From Candidatus Celerinatantimonas neptuna (GTDB lineage: Bacteria; Pseudomonadota; Gammaproteobacteria; Enterobacterales; Celerinatantimonadaceae), in assembly GCA_911810475.1 (NCBI GenBank), contig OU461276.1, forward strand, positions 164,823 to 188,822: a stretch of DNA of 24,000 nt. Reading direction: 5' to 3'. Positions 1 to 7,887 of the stretch are shown piece by piece (positions within the stretch are counted from its first letter, which is position 1; each line of letters starts with the position of its first letter). The notes below the pieces were generated by a model. The model was not told where the DNA came from. It was given only the letters and a program-made list of their open reading frames with translations, and did no database searches. The translations under genes were made by a program, and so were the position numbers.

Positions 1-720
1 CACGCTGGAGTACAGAACTGATGACAATAGATATTAACCGAGTATTTGAACTTAAAATACATTTATCAACCATCCGGCGATGATTACCGAAGCTTAGGAT
101 TGTCTGGCGTAGAGCTACACCGACAAGCCATATCAGAGATCCGGACAAAAAAGCCAAGCTAACCAACATCAAAACAGCGTTAGAGCAATGTAACTCCTCT
201 CATCCAGTGTTCTACGAAGATGAAGTGGATATCCATTTGGATCCTAAACTGAGGGCTGATTGGATGCATAAAGGCAAAGGTCAGCAAAAGAAAATTGTTA
301 CTCCGGGGCAAAATACTAAGCATTATCTCGCCGGTGCCCTGAAAATCTCTTATGTCGCCCGTTCCGGCAAGAACTCAGAGCTTTTTATTGCGATGATGAA
401 AAAGCTGAAAAGTCAGTATCGTCAGGCAAAAACTATCACGCTAATCGTGGACAACCACATCATCCATAAGCGTAAAAAAACGCGTAGCTTGCTGAAGAAA
501 AATCCAAAGTTTATTCTGCTATTTCAGCCGGTCTATTCTCCTTGGATCAACAAATAGAAAAGCTGTGGCACGCACTGCTTGAGACAATTACGCGCAACCA
601 TCAATGCAAGACAATCTGGCAACTGTTGAGGCAAGTGCGCTACTTTATGGATAACACTTCACCATTTCCCGGTGGAAGTCATGGTCTACTGAAAGTGGAG
701 CATAATTAGGATCCGTTATT
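1..720 (+). mobile_element. IS630-family insertion sequence remnant (3' part only; the 5' end lies outside the window)
   Basis: It contains a disrupted IS630/Tc1-mariner-type DDE transposase reading frame (next entry). The right terminal inverted repeat cannot be fixed without the left end, so the 720 boundary is approximate. Confidence 0.6.
3..709 (+). pseudogene. IS630-family DDE transposase, inactivated by an in-frame stop and a 1-nt frameshift
   Basis: The frame starting at nt 3 reads RWSTEL..STIRR, then TGA (81-83), then LPKLRIVWRRA..FYEDEVDIHLDPK..LIVDNHIIHK..LFQPVYSPWINK, and stops at TAG 555-557. The expected family continuation IEKLWHALLETITRNHQCKTIWQLLRQVRYFM..PGGSHGLLKVEHN resumes one base out of frame at 554 and ends at TAG 707-709. 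Confidence 0.8.
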
Positions 721-820
721 TAGCAGGATGAAACTCTATTTCAACAGAAACCAGAACGCGGCAACAACAAAGAAATCAGCAATAAATAGAAAAATAGAAC
801 AGTTAACCATTCGGAATTTC

Positions 821-861
821 AAAAAAATAAAAATATGAACCCTTGATATGACTGGGTTCAT
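821..861 (-). terminator. Putative intrinsic terminator downstream of the MerR-family gene
   Basis: 8-bp stem ATGAACCC (835-842) / GGGTTCAT (854-861) with an 11-nt loop. On the minus strand it is followed by a T-rich run (complement of the A-run 821-834). It lies about 100 nt past the MerR stop. Confidence 0.4.
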
Positions 862-963
862 TGGATGGGTGGCCTAAACTATTTACAACCTCTATCTCTG
901 TAATAGAAAAATTATAACTAATTGATATTAAAGAGATAATAAAGCACATAGCTAAAATTATTT

Positions 964-1308
964 TCACTCTGCTGATATGTATTGAGTCAAACTAAGTTTA
1001 GCTTGCATTAGGTTATCTATTTTTTGGTTAATTTGCTCTATTTTAGACACCAATTTCTCTTTTAATTTATCGCATATCTGAATCTTCCCTGAATGCTCGA
1101 ACTGACATTGCAGTACAGGGCGAATATCATCAATGGTAAATCCAATTTCTTTAAATATTTTTATTTTAAGAATCAGGTCAATATCCCTCTGGGTAAACTG
1201 ACGATAACCCGATGATGTACGAGTAGGGAACAACACCTTTTTTTCTTCATAGTAGCGTATCATTCTGACACTTACATTCGTCTCTTTAGATAATTCACTT
1301 ATTTTCAT
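964..1308 (-). CDS. MerR-family transcriptional regulator
   Basis: N-terminal MerR HTH signature MKISELSKETNVSVRMIRYYEEKKVLFPTRTSSGYRQFTQRDIDLILKIKIFKEIGFTIDDI, followed by a C-terminal coiled-coil. Divergent from the EthD gene. Confidence 0.85.
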   Translation of the reverse strand: MKISELSKETNVSVRMIRYYEEKKVLFPTRTSSGYRQFTQRDIDLILKIKIFKEIGFTIDDIRPVLQCQFEHSGKIQICDKLKEKLVSKIEQINQKIDNLMQAKLSLTQYISAE

Positions 1309-1317
1309 ACATGTCTC

Positions 1318-1349
1318 TTGACCCTAACACTACTGTCATAGTTTAACAT
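1318..1349 (+). promoter_or_regulatory. Candidate MerR-type promoter/operator for the EthD gene
   Basis: TTGACC (1318-1323) and TAACAT (1344-1349) are separated by an over-long (about 20 bp) spacer. The spacer holds the dyad ACTA (1329-1332)-N6-TAGT (1339-1342). Over-long spacers are the hallmark of MerR-controlled promoters. Confidence 0.35.
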
Positions 1350-1377
1350 ACCACTTGCCAATGAGAGAGGAATGAAC

Positions 1378-1749
1378 ATGGTTAAATTGATATGTATTGT
1401 AAAGCGGTTACCTGAATTAACTTATGAAGAGTTTTTAACGTATTGGGAAAACCATCATGCGAATCTGATAAAAAAACATGCAACCGTTTTAAGGATAAAA
1501 AAATATACTCAAAACCGCTCGTTCGACTCTCACGAGATCCAGTCACAAATCAAGTTAATGAGAAATATGACCAACTTTGATTTTGATGGTATCGCTGAGC
1601 TTTGGTACTCAGATATCAAAACACATTTAAATTCCAGAAAAAGTACTGAAGGAGTCCTTGCGCTTACTGAAATAATTGCCGATGAAAAACGATTTATTGA
1701 TTTATCTAAATCACATATGTGGTATAGCAACGAGCTATCGGTTATATAA
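1378..1749 (+). CDS. EthD-domain protein
   Basis: MVKLICIVKRLPELTYEEFLTYWENHHANLIKK is a typical EthD-family N-terminus. The ORF track starts at ATG 1372, but GAGAGAGG (1363-1370) is properly spaced only for ATG 1378. Confidence 0.75.
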   Translation: MVKLICIVKRLPELTYEEFLTYWENHHANLIKKHATVLRIKKYTQNRSFDSHEIQSQIKLMRNMTNFDFDGIAELWYSDIKTHLNSRKSTEGVLALTEIIADEKRFIDLSKSHMWYSNELSVI

Positions 1750-1960
1750 CTCTAACCGGTCTGCACTCTTTATTTACAAAATAACTTCACCTAATACTGA
1801 AAAAATAAGCTCAAAACGCTGTTGATACGAGGCTAACGTCTGGCTTTCGAATTCACGGGCCTGAATCATCACAATAGGGATTTTGTTCTAAAAAGAGCAG
1901 CCATCTTCCCGGTCTGTTTCAAGCAAACCGGGGAGCGACTCAAATCGATAACAAATTTCG

Positions 1961-2908
1961 TTATACATCATTTTTAACCGCATACTGCAATAGCGTTGCA
2001 ATCAGCTCGGTTGTTTTAGCTGGAGTCGACGCTTTACGGCAATATCTGATGACCGGTCCACAAATATCATCCATCTCAAGCGGCCGGCCTTTTTCCCTAT
2101 CCACCTGCATGGATGTTTTAATCGCATCAAAGCCGCGGATCAGTTCAAACATCTCATCCACATCGGCAACCTGAATATCAACACCTGCAATCTGCGCTGC
2201 ACGTGCAGTCTCAGTCATCATCTGATACGCAGTTTCTTGAAGTATGGGATCGTTTAATACCGATTGGGTATCTTGCAACGTTAAAGCAGTGAGAGGATTC
2301 ACTCCGTTGTTAATTAATAATTTACGCCATAATGCAAATTGAATATCTTCAACCTGAATTGTTGGAATACCGGCCTGTTTAAATGTCTCGACCCATTGCT
2401 GAACCCGGGACAGTTCAAAATCATTTTCCCGAATATTAGGCCAAACACCCATCTCAATTTGAGCCTCACCGGTGACTTCAACCACGCCAGGCTCAAGAAT
2501 ATGGCCACCAATGCGAACGGCTAACCCACCGATGGTTCGTTCCTTTCCGATCACTTTTGCTATTTCAACTTCATTCATGACCCCGTTTTGAATGGACAAG
2601 ACCGGAACAGCGCTTTGCATCAACCACGCTTTTAATGAAGAGAGCATCGAAACGGTTGCACCACTTTTAGACGCAAGGATCACCAGATCAAATGCATCAC
2701 TATTCTGTGATGATTTCAATGCTTCAAGTGTCAACGCTTCAACCGGCTGTTCAAATGAAAATTGAGGATGAATAACTTTTAATCCACGTTGTTGCAGCGC
2801 TTCAAGGTGAGCGCCTCTGGCAACTAATGTGGCTTGATTTCTCGCAGCCATCAAGCGGGCCGCATAGTAACAACCGATCCCTCCCGCACCTAATACAACA
2901 ACCTTCAT
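1961..2908 (-). CDS. panE: 2-dehydropantoate 2-reductase family protein (ApbA/PanE)
   Basis: N-terminal Rossmann motif MKVVVLGAGGIGCYYAARL. ApbA_C-like region LWRKLLINNGVNPLTALT and KTSMQVDREKGRPLEMDDICG. Length 315 aa. Confidence 0.8.
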   Translation of the reverse strand: MKVVVLGAGGIGCYYAARLMAARNQATLVARGAHLEALQQRGLKVIHPQFSFEQPVEALTLEALKSSQNSDAFDLVILASKSGATVSMLSSLKAWLMQSAVPVLSIQNGVMNEVEIAKVIGKERTIGGLAVRIGGHILEPGVVEVTGEAQIEMGVWPNIRENDFELSRVQQWVETFKQAGIPTIQVEDIQFALWRKLLINNGVNPLTALTLQDTQSVLNDPILQETAYQMMTETARAAQIAGVDIQVADVDEMFELIRGFDAIKTSMQVDREKGRPLEMDDICGPVIRYCRKASTPAKTTELIATLLQYAVKNDV

Positions 2909-3072
2909 AACGCCTCCATCCTTCGTGTATAGATTATGACTTTATAAGTCGTATTTTACATAATTTCGGCCAGATAACCCGGACACAGTTCTTAGAGCCG
3001 TTTATTTAAACCCATTCTGAGCGTTGTTGCGTCTGGTTCACTTACACACCTTCCGCTATCCGCAAAAAATAA

Positions 3073-3119
3073 ATAGCATATGCCATTTATTTTTGTTGTT
3101 AGTTTTTGGCATATGCTAT
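3073..3119. promoter_or_regulatory. 13-bp perfect inverted repeat upstream of the DUF134 gene (candidate operator)
   Basis: ATAGCATATGCCA (3073-3085) and TGGCATATGCTAT (3107-3119) are separated by 21 bp, and each arm contains GCATATGC. The right arm overlaps a possible promoter (TTGTTG 3093-3098, TATAAA 3117-3122). It ends 35 nt before ATG 3154. Confidence 0.5.
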
Positions 3120-3153
3120 AAACTTATATCAGAACAAGCCAATAGGAAATACG

Positions 3154-3471
3154 ATGCCAAGACCTAAAAAGCATCGCAGAATATGCGCTCGCCCAGCCCA
3201 TCGCTGTTTTAAGCCAAATGGGGTTCCCATGCGCCAACTTGAATCGATTGAGTTATATGCCGATGAGTTTGAAGCTCTCAGGCTCAGTGATTATCTACAA
3301 CTTAATCAGGTTGATGCAGCCGCACAGATGAATGTATCAAGGCAAACCTTTGGCAACATTATTAATCGGGCACGGAAAAAAGTGGCGGGTTCTTTAGTTT
3401 TAGGACAAGCACTCATGCTCGAAAACCTGGAGGAGGATCATCATGATTATTGCAATTCCGACTCAGAATAA
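3154..3471 (+). CDS. DUF134 (UPF0251) predicted DNA-binding protein
   Basis: MPRPKKHRRICARPAHRCFKPNG...LEFEALRL-like...VSRQTFGNIINRARKKVA is the canonical DUF134 pattern. AGGAAA (3144-3149) precedes ATG 3154. The track start at 3106 lies inside the operator repeat and lacks an SD. Confidence 0.8.
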   Translation: MPRPKKHRRICARPAHRCFKPNGVPMRQLESIELYADEFEALRLSDYLQLNQVDAAAQMNVSRQTFGNIINRARKKVAGSLVLGQALMLENLEEDHHDYCNSDSE

Positions 3472-3928
3472 CTGGGTCGCGGGTCATTTTACTAAAGCGC
3501 CTGAATTTAGTATTTTTGACTCACATACACATACGCTGACACATTACCCAAGCCCTATCAGTGAAGACTCTCAGGGTAAACCTAAGAAACTAACTGACTG
3601 GCTGGCCCAATTTAATGTCGATACCATTCTGGTAAAAAATATCGGTACGAAAATGTTGGGGAAATTACTTCAGCAAGATTTCACCGTTAAACAGGTCAGA
3701 GCACGAATTTCGGTTGCCGACAGTATTGCGCAATTTGACCACTGGGAAGAAATGACCGATGCCGCACAAGGCCGCCCATCGCGCGCTCATAGCTGCAGAC
3801 ATCAGCAACACAGTTGCCACCGTCAACAACATCACTTTGGATTAATGCAACAGCATTCAGCAATCGATTTAAACGAACACCCTGTTTCACAAGTTCATTC
3901 ATCAGGTTGTGGCTGTCATCACTCGTAA
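3443..3928 (+). CDS. NifB/NifX-family (dinitrogenase FeMo-cofactor-binding domain) protein with a His/Cys-rich C-terminal tail
   Basis: MIIAIPTQNNWVAGHFTKAPEFSIFD matches the Nitro_FeMo-Co domain start. GGAGGAGGA (3429-3437) serves as SD. It overlaps the DUF134 gene by 29 nt. The last 51 residues carry 11 His and 4 Cys. Confidence 0.7.
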   Translation: MIIAIPTQNNWVAGHFTKAPEFSIFDSHTHTLTHYPSPISEDSQGKPKKLTDWLAQFNVDTILVKNIGTKMLGKLLQQDFTVKQVRARISVADSIAQFDHWEEMTDAAQGRPSRAHSCRHQQHSCHRQQHHFGLMQQHSAIDLNEHPVSQVHSSGCGCHHS

Positions 3929-3945
3929 GATGAGCTGTCATTATT

Positions 3946-3974
3946 TTAATAGTCCCCAACCAGGGGACTATTAA
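3946..3974. terminator. Perfect 12-bp stem-loop between the convergent NifX-like gene and sodA
   Basis: TTAATAGTCCCC (3946-3957), loop AACCA, GGGGACTATTAA (3963-3974). There is no clean U-tract on either strand, so it may act as a bidirectional terminator or an RNA-stabilising hairpin. Confidence 0.5.
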
Positions 3975-4021
3975 TCTGAGCTGATCGTATCGGCGACGAC
4001 TATATCGCAAAATTGTTTCGC

Positions 4022-4076
4022 CGGAATCAACTTTAACTCCCTATAAGAAAAGGCTTTCTTATCCAGAGTTGAGGTT
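4022..4076 (-). repeat. Copy A (one-armed) of the AACCTCAAC...GTTGAGGTT intergenic repeat family
   Basis: Roughly 80 percent identical by manual alignment (one 1-nt gap) to 22131-22185. It ends 2 nt from the sodA stop codon. It folds into its own hairpin: AACTC (4035-4039)/GAGTT (4066-4070) plus ATAAGAAA (4043-4050)/TTTCTTAT (4055-4062). Confidence 0.7.
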
Positions 4077-4078
4077 AA

Positions 4079-4690
4079 CTATGCAATCGCAGCCTGATAG
4101 CGCCGGGCAACTTCATCCCAACACACAACATCAAAAAATGCTTTAATATATTCAGGGCGTTTATTCTGATATTTAAGGTAGTAAGCGTGTTCCCAGACAT
4201 CCAGCCCCAGTATCGGGGTGTTGCCATTCATCAGAGGGCTGTCCTGATTGAGCGTGCTTTCAACTACCAGTTTTTTCTCAGAATTAATGGATAACCAAGC
4301 CCAGCCACTACCAAAACGGGCCACAGCCGCCACAGTAAAGGCTTGCTGAAAAGCCTCGAAACCACCCAACTCCCGATCTATGGCCTGACTTAGTTCACCC
4401 ATCGGTAAACCGCCACCATCCGGGGACATCACCGTCCAGAACAATGAATGATTCGAATGCCCGCCACCGTTATTGATCACCGCCTGACGTTTATCTTCAG
4501 GAACTGACTCTAAGCGGCCCATTAATTCATCAACCGGAACAGATTCTAAGCCAGTTCCGGCTAAAGCAGCATTCAACTTATCGATATAAGCCTTATGATG
4601 ACGGGTATGATGAATTTCCATCGTTCTGGTATCAATTGATGGCTCTAAAGCATCATAAGCATAAGGTAAAGAGGGTAATTGATGTGTCAT
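4079..4690 (-). CDS. sodA: Superoxide dismutase [Mn]
   Basis: [28 protein letters not shown], Mn-type discriminators [13 protein letters not shown] and STLNQDSP, and [19 protein letters not shown]. Length 203 aa. Confidence 0.92.
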   Translation of the reverse strand: MTHQLPSLPYAYDALEPSIDTRTMEIHHTRHHKAYIDKLNAALAGTGLESVPVDELMGRLESVPEDKRQAVINNGGGHSNHSLFWTVMSPDGGGLPMGELSQAIDRELGGFEAFQQAFTVAAVARFGSGWAWLSINSEKKLVVESTLNQDSPLMNGNTPILGLDVWEHAYYLKYQNKRPEYIKAFFDVVCWDEVARRYQAAIA

Positions 4691-4782
4691 TTATAAACTC
4701 CTTATCATGGGAGAGCAAATAAATACCAAAATCAGAGCATCGAACACATCAATACTCTGACAATGACTTTTTATGTCTAAAT

Positions 4783-4801
4783 ATAAATGGTTATCATTAC
4801 C
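4783..4801 (-). promoter_or_regulatory. Fur-box-like operator in the sodA promoter
   Basis: The minus strand reads GGTAATGATAACCATTTAT, matching the Fur consensus GATAATGATAATCATTATC at 14 of 19 positions. It begins 9 nt downstream of a TTGACT -35 element (4811-4816) and so covers the -10 region. Confidence 0.6.
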
Positions 4802-4857
4802 AACTTTTCAAGTCAACATGTTAAATTTTTTTTAAATTATTGAACCATAATTGTTAG

Positions 4858-5079
4858 CTACTGAGGCTCACCCAAAACTTTATAAAGGCGTAACAACCGC
4901 TCTTGCAGCTGTTTGGAAGCTTTTTCAGAGAGATACAACTTAACGGCAACATCATCAACGTCTTCAGGTTGTAATTTACCTTTGAAGGTAATTGAATGTG
5001 TCTTCATATTAAAATTAAGTTGTTCAATATCTTCAATTTGAATCGGAAATAATATTTTTGCTGATTCAGAATCGTCCAT
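4858..5079 (-). CDS. Hypothetical acidic 73-aa protein
   Basis: ORF with GGAG placed 7 nt before ATG 5079. The track start at 5103 has no SD. No family recognised by eye. Confidence 0.5.
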   Translation of the reverse strand: MDDSESAKILFPIQIEDIEQLNFNMKTHSITFKGKLQPEDVDDVAVKLYLSEKASKQLQERLLRLYKVLGEPQ

Positions 5080-5118
5080 AAATGATCTCCATATACCATA
5101 CAAACATCATGGGATGTC

Positions 5119-5150
5119 AAAATGATATTCTTATCATTAACAAAAACCAA
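5119..5150 (-). promoter_or_regulatory. Candidate promoter with an embedded Fur-like palindrome for the 73-aa ORF
   Basis: The minus strand reads TTGGTT (5145-5150), a 17-bp spacer, then TATCAT (5122-5127). The palindrome AATGATA-N4-TATCATT (5121-5138) fills the spacer and the -10. GTTAATGATAAGAATATCA matches the Fur consensus at 12 of 19 positions. Confidence 0.45.
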
Positions 5151-5284
5151 CTATTAAGACCCGATCTATTTCTTAAGAACTGGCTACCACTACAAAATTA
5201 TACATAACCAAGTAATGTAAGATACAACCTTTACAGAGACACAAAAGATATGAACATATATTACGAAGTGAGTCACCCAAACAT

Positions 5285-5359
5285 TGGAGCGGGCAGCGAG
5301 AGTCGAACTCGCGTCACCAGCTTGGGAAGCTGAGGTAATAGCCGTTATACGATGCCCGC
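5285..5359 (-). tRNA. glyU: tRNA-Gly (anticodon CCC)
   Basis: The minus strand reads GCGGGCA TC GTATAACGGCTATTAC C TCAGC TTCCCAA GCTGG TGAC GCGAG TTCGACT CTCGC TGCCCGC T CCA. It is 75 nt with a full cloverleaf and encoded CCA. The anticodon loop TTCCCAA and acceptor resemble E. coli glyU. Confidence 0.93.
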
Positions 5360-5420
5360 GCAATATTGGGAATTATATCAGGAATTTCATCAAGCACCAG
5401 TGCCTGCACCCGATTTTTTC

Positions 5421-5454
5421 CTAAAAAACAACTGATTAATCATTTTTTAATCAG
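5421..5454 (-). terminator. Intrinsic terminator of xerD (the stem includes the stop codon)
   Basis: CTGATTAA (5432-5439) / TTAATCAG (5447-5454) with a 7-nt loop. On the minus strand it is followed by TTGTTTTTTAG. Confidence 0.6.
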
Positions 5455-6347
5455 GCTCTTGGATGAGATTCATCATAGACCTGTTTCAGACGTTCATTGG
5501 CAACATGCGTATAAATTTGAGTCGTCGACAGATCACTATGACCCAGCAAAAGCTGAACGACCCGAAGATCAGCACCATGATTCAGTAAATGAGTGGCAAA
5601 GGCATGACGTAACGTATGTGGCGATAAATGCTTCTCTATGCCGGCACGTTTAGTATACGCCTTAATGCGGTGCCAAAATGTCTGGCGGGTCATCTGTACA
5701 CCCCGTTTGCTGGGGAATACGACATCCGATTCCTGCTTTAACAAAAGCCCCCTTGACTCCCTGAAATAGCGATCCAGCCAATATTCAGCCTCCTCTCCCA
5801 TCGGGACCAACCGCTCTTTTCCCCCCTTACCCACAACCCGGACGACGCCCTGACGCAGACTAAGTTCATCCATCGTTAAACTGACCAGCTCCGTCACCCG
5901 CAACCCAGTCGCATAAAGTAACTCTAACATCGCACGATCACGCAGTTCGATAGGCTCATTTAATTCAGGCTGATTGAGCAGTACATCAACTTCTTCTTCT
6001 GTTAATGTGGAGGGCAGACGCTTTTCGAGTTTCGGCGAATGTAATAACGCACTGGGGTCATCATCTCGCATATGATGAGTAAAAAGATATTGGAAAAAAT
6101 GCCGAATCGCAGATAATTGCCGGGCGGCACTACTACTCTTTTGCCCCCGTTGATCACACCAGGTTAAATAATCTGATAACTGTGATGATGTGACCTCAAG
6201 CACCGAAACATGCTGTTTATCCAGATATCCGTCCAGCTTATTTAAATCATTGCGATAGGAAATAAGCGTGTTCTCAGCCAACCCTTTCTCTAACCATAAT
6301 GTATCGAGAAACTGTTCAATCATTCGATTTTGCTTTATATCATCCAC
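5451..6347 (-). CDS. xerD: Site-specific tyrosine recombinase XerD
   Basis: Colinear over its full length with E. coli XerD: IEQFLDTLWLEKGLAENTLISYRNDL, ELRDRAMLELLYATGLRVTELV, LSPHTLRHAFATHLLNHGADLRVVQLLLGHSDLSTTQIYTHV. It keeps the conserved divergent fldB neighbour. Confidence 0.93.
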   Translation of the reverse strand: MDDIKQNRMIEQFLDTLWLEKGLAENTLISYRNDLNKLDGYLDKQHVSVLEVTSSQLSDYLTWCDQRGQKSSSAARQLSAIRHFFQYLFTHHMRDDDPSALLHSPKLEKRLPSTLTEEEVDVLLNQPELNEPIELRDRAMLELLYATGLRVTELVSLTMDELSLRQGVVRVVGKGGKERLVPMGEEAEYWLDRYFRESRGLLLKQESDVVFPSKRGVQMTRQTFWHRIKAYTKRAGIEKHLSPHTLRHAFATHLLNHGADLRVVQLLLGHSDLSTTQIYTHVANERLKQVYDESHPRA

Positions 6348-6413
6348 TTGGCGCTTTGGCCCCTACACCGCTTTTGTTAAACTTACCCCAAATTCTACGG
6401 TAGAGAAAACATA

Positions 6414-6941
6414 ATGGCTATCGGCCTCTTTTACGGTTCTACAACTTGCTATACCGAAATGGCAGCAGAAAAAATTCAGCAGACTCTTGGCGGCGAAGAA
6501 ATTGTCCAGCTTCATAATGTAAAAGACACCGCCCTAAAAGAGATGGAAAACTACGACATCCTGATACTTGGAATATCAACCTGGGATTACGGAGAAATTC
6601 AAGAAGACTGGGATCAGCTATGGGATGATATCGATAGCCTTAACCTGGAAGGTAAAATCGTAGCCCTGTTCGGCTTAGGCGATCAGGAAGGCTATAGTGA
6701 ATGGTACTTAGACGCTATGGGACTGTTACATCAAAAACTAGCAACTCATCACGTTACATTTATCGGCTACTGGCCCAATGACGAGCACTATCAGTTTGAC
6801 GCATCAAAAGCACTTAGCGATGATCAGACCCAATTTGTTGGCCTGGCACTAGACGATGAAAACCAATTCGACTTATCCGAATCCCGTATCGAACAATGGA
6901 CCAATCAACTACTGAGTGAACTTGAATCACTCAGCCAGTAA
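6414..6941 (+). CDS. fldB: Flavodoxin FldB
   Basis: [62 protein letters not shown] and [22 protein letters not shown] closely parallel E. coli FldB. Confidence 0.9.
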   Translation: MAIGLFYGSTTCYTEMAAEKIQQTLGGEEIVQLHNVKDTALKEMENYDILILGISTWDYGEIQEDWDQLWDDIDSLNLEGKIVALFGLGDQEGYSEWYLDAMGLLHQKLATHHVTFIGYWPNDEHYQFDASKALSDDQTQFVGLALDDENQFDLSESRIEQWTNQLLSELESLSQ

Positions 6942-7887
6942 TCGAAGCGACCGAATCCCGGATGACCAGACGACCTTTAAGCAATCCACGCTCATGCTGG
7001 TCATCAGCCTGATGAAGTAAAGCAGATAACTTAGCCAATGCATTATTTATCAATTCAGTCAATGGATACTGAATACAGGTTAATGTCGGATAAAGCTGCT
7101 CAGCTAATGCTGATCCTTCCAGACTCATCACCGAAACTTCCTGAGGAACAACGATATTAAATTCCCGTAGAAGTCGCATCGCACTGGCTGCATCGCTATC
7201 CCAACGAACAATTAATGCGGTAAAAGGCAGGTAACGATTGAGCAGCTCAAGTAATGGCTGATCCGATCCTTTATCCCCCCGAAGAACCAGTTGACGATTA
7301 AATGGCAATGACTGATTTTGTAGCGCCAGACGATAACCACTCAATAATGACTCATTCACCGCTTCATCATCATTTAACCATAATGCAATTTGCCTGTGTC
7401 CCTGACTAAGCAGATAACGCCCCGCGCTCTCACAGGCAAACTGATAATCAAAACTAACCTGGCAGGCTCCGGCTGCATCAATCTGAATAATGCGCTCATC
7501 GGATATGGATAAATTCTTGGCACCTAAAACCAAAATTGCCGCCGCATTCATACTCTGAAGCCGTTCGATATGTTGATCCCGCGCCGCATCATCTGCGGCC
7601 AAATAGACCAACATATCCAGCCCTTGTTGCTCTATTCCCCGCGCCAGATATGTCAACGAAGTCCCAATCAAATCGCTATCGCAATTCTCAAGCACAACCC
7701 CGACATAATTGACTTTTTGACTGGCTAAGTTTTGGGCAAGCACATTGGGTCGATAATTTAATGTATCAACCGCTTTTAATACGGCATCCCGGCTATCATC
7801 ACGAACCCCCCGGTTTCCACTTAAGACACGGGAAACTGTTGCTTTCGAAACTTTAGCCAAACGGGAAACATCACTAATTGTCGCCAT
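6931..7887 (-). CDS. LacI-family transcriptional regulator (probable repressor of the adjacent PTS/GH1 operon)
   Basis: [57 protein letters not shown] plus a periplasmic-binding-fold C-terminus. It is the last gene of the cel-type cluster. Confidence 0.88.
   Translation of the reverse strand: MATISDVSRLAKVSKATVSRVLSGNRGVRDDSRDAVLKAVDTLNYRPNVLAQNLASQKVNYVGVVLENCDSDLIGTSLTYLARGIEQQGLDMLVYLAADDAARDQHIERLQSMNAAAILVLGAKNLSISDERIIQIDAAGACQVSFDYQFACESAGRYLLSQGHRQIALWLNDDEAVNESLLSGYRLALQNQSLPFNRQLVLRGDKGSDQPLLELLNRYLPFTALIVRWDSDAASAMRLLREFNIVVPQEVSVMSLEGSALAEQLYPTLTCIQYPLTELINNALAKLSALLHQADDQHERGLLKGRLVIRDSVASITG

Noticed and set aside
1530-1730. 66-aa minus-strand ORF inside the EthD gene
   Set aside because: It is entirely antisense to a well-supported CDS, has no SD and no recognisable motif. 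It is typical of a shadow ORF.
2314-2524. Two short ORFs (both strands) inside the panE-family gene
   Set aside because: They are nested in or antisense to a 315-aa CDS with clear family motifs, and their products are low-complexity.
3106-3153. Upstream start codon for the DUF134 gene given by the ORF track
   Set aside because: ATG 3106 lies within the operator repeat and has no SD. DUF134 proteins typically begin MPRPKK, and ATG 3154 has AGGAAA upstream.
3696-4010. 104-aa minus-strand ORF overlapping the NifX-like tail
   Set aside because: It runs through the 12-bp terminator hairpin, has no SD and no recognisable domain. The plus-strand frame is continuous with a recognisable domain. The His/Cys tail on the plus strand is itself unverified.
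5366-5653. 95-aa plus-strand ORF
   Set aside because: It starts in the tRNA promoter region and runs antisense through the conserved C-terminus of xerD. It is a shadow ORF.
5451-6347. Tyrosine recombinase next to a tRNA as a possible island integrase
   Set aside because: The protein is colinear with housekeeping XerD and keeps the conserved divergent fldB neighbour. It also lies on the 5' side of the tRNA, not the 3' side.
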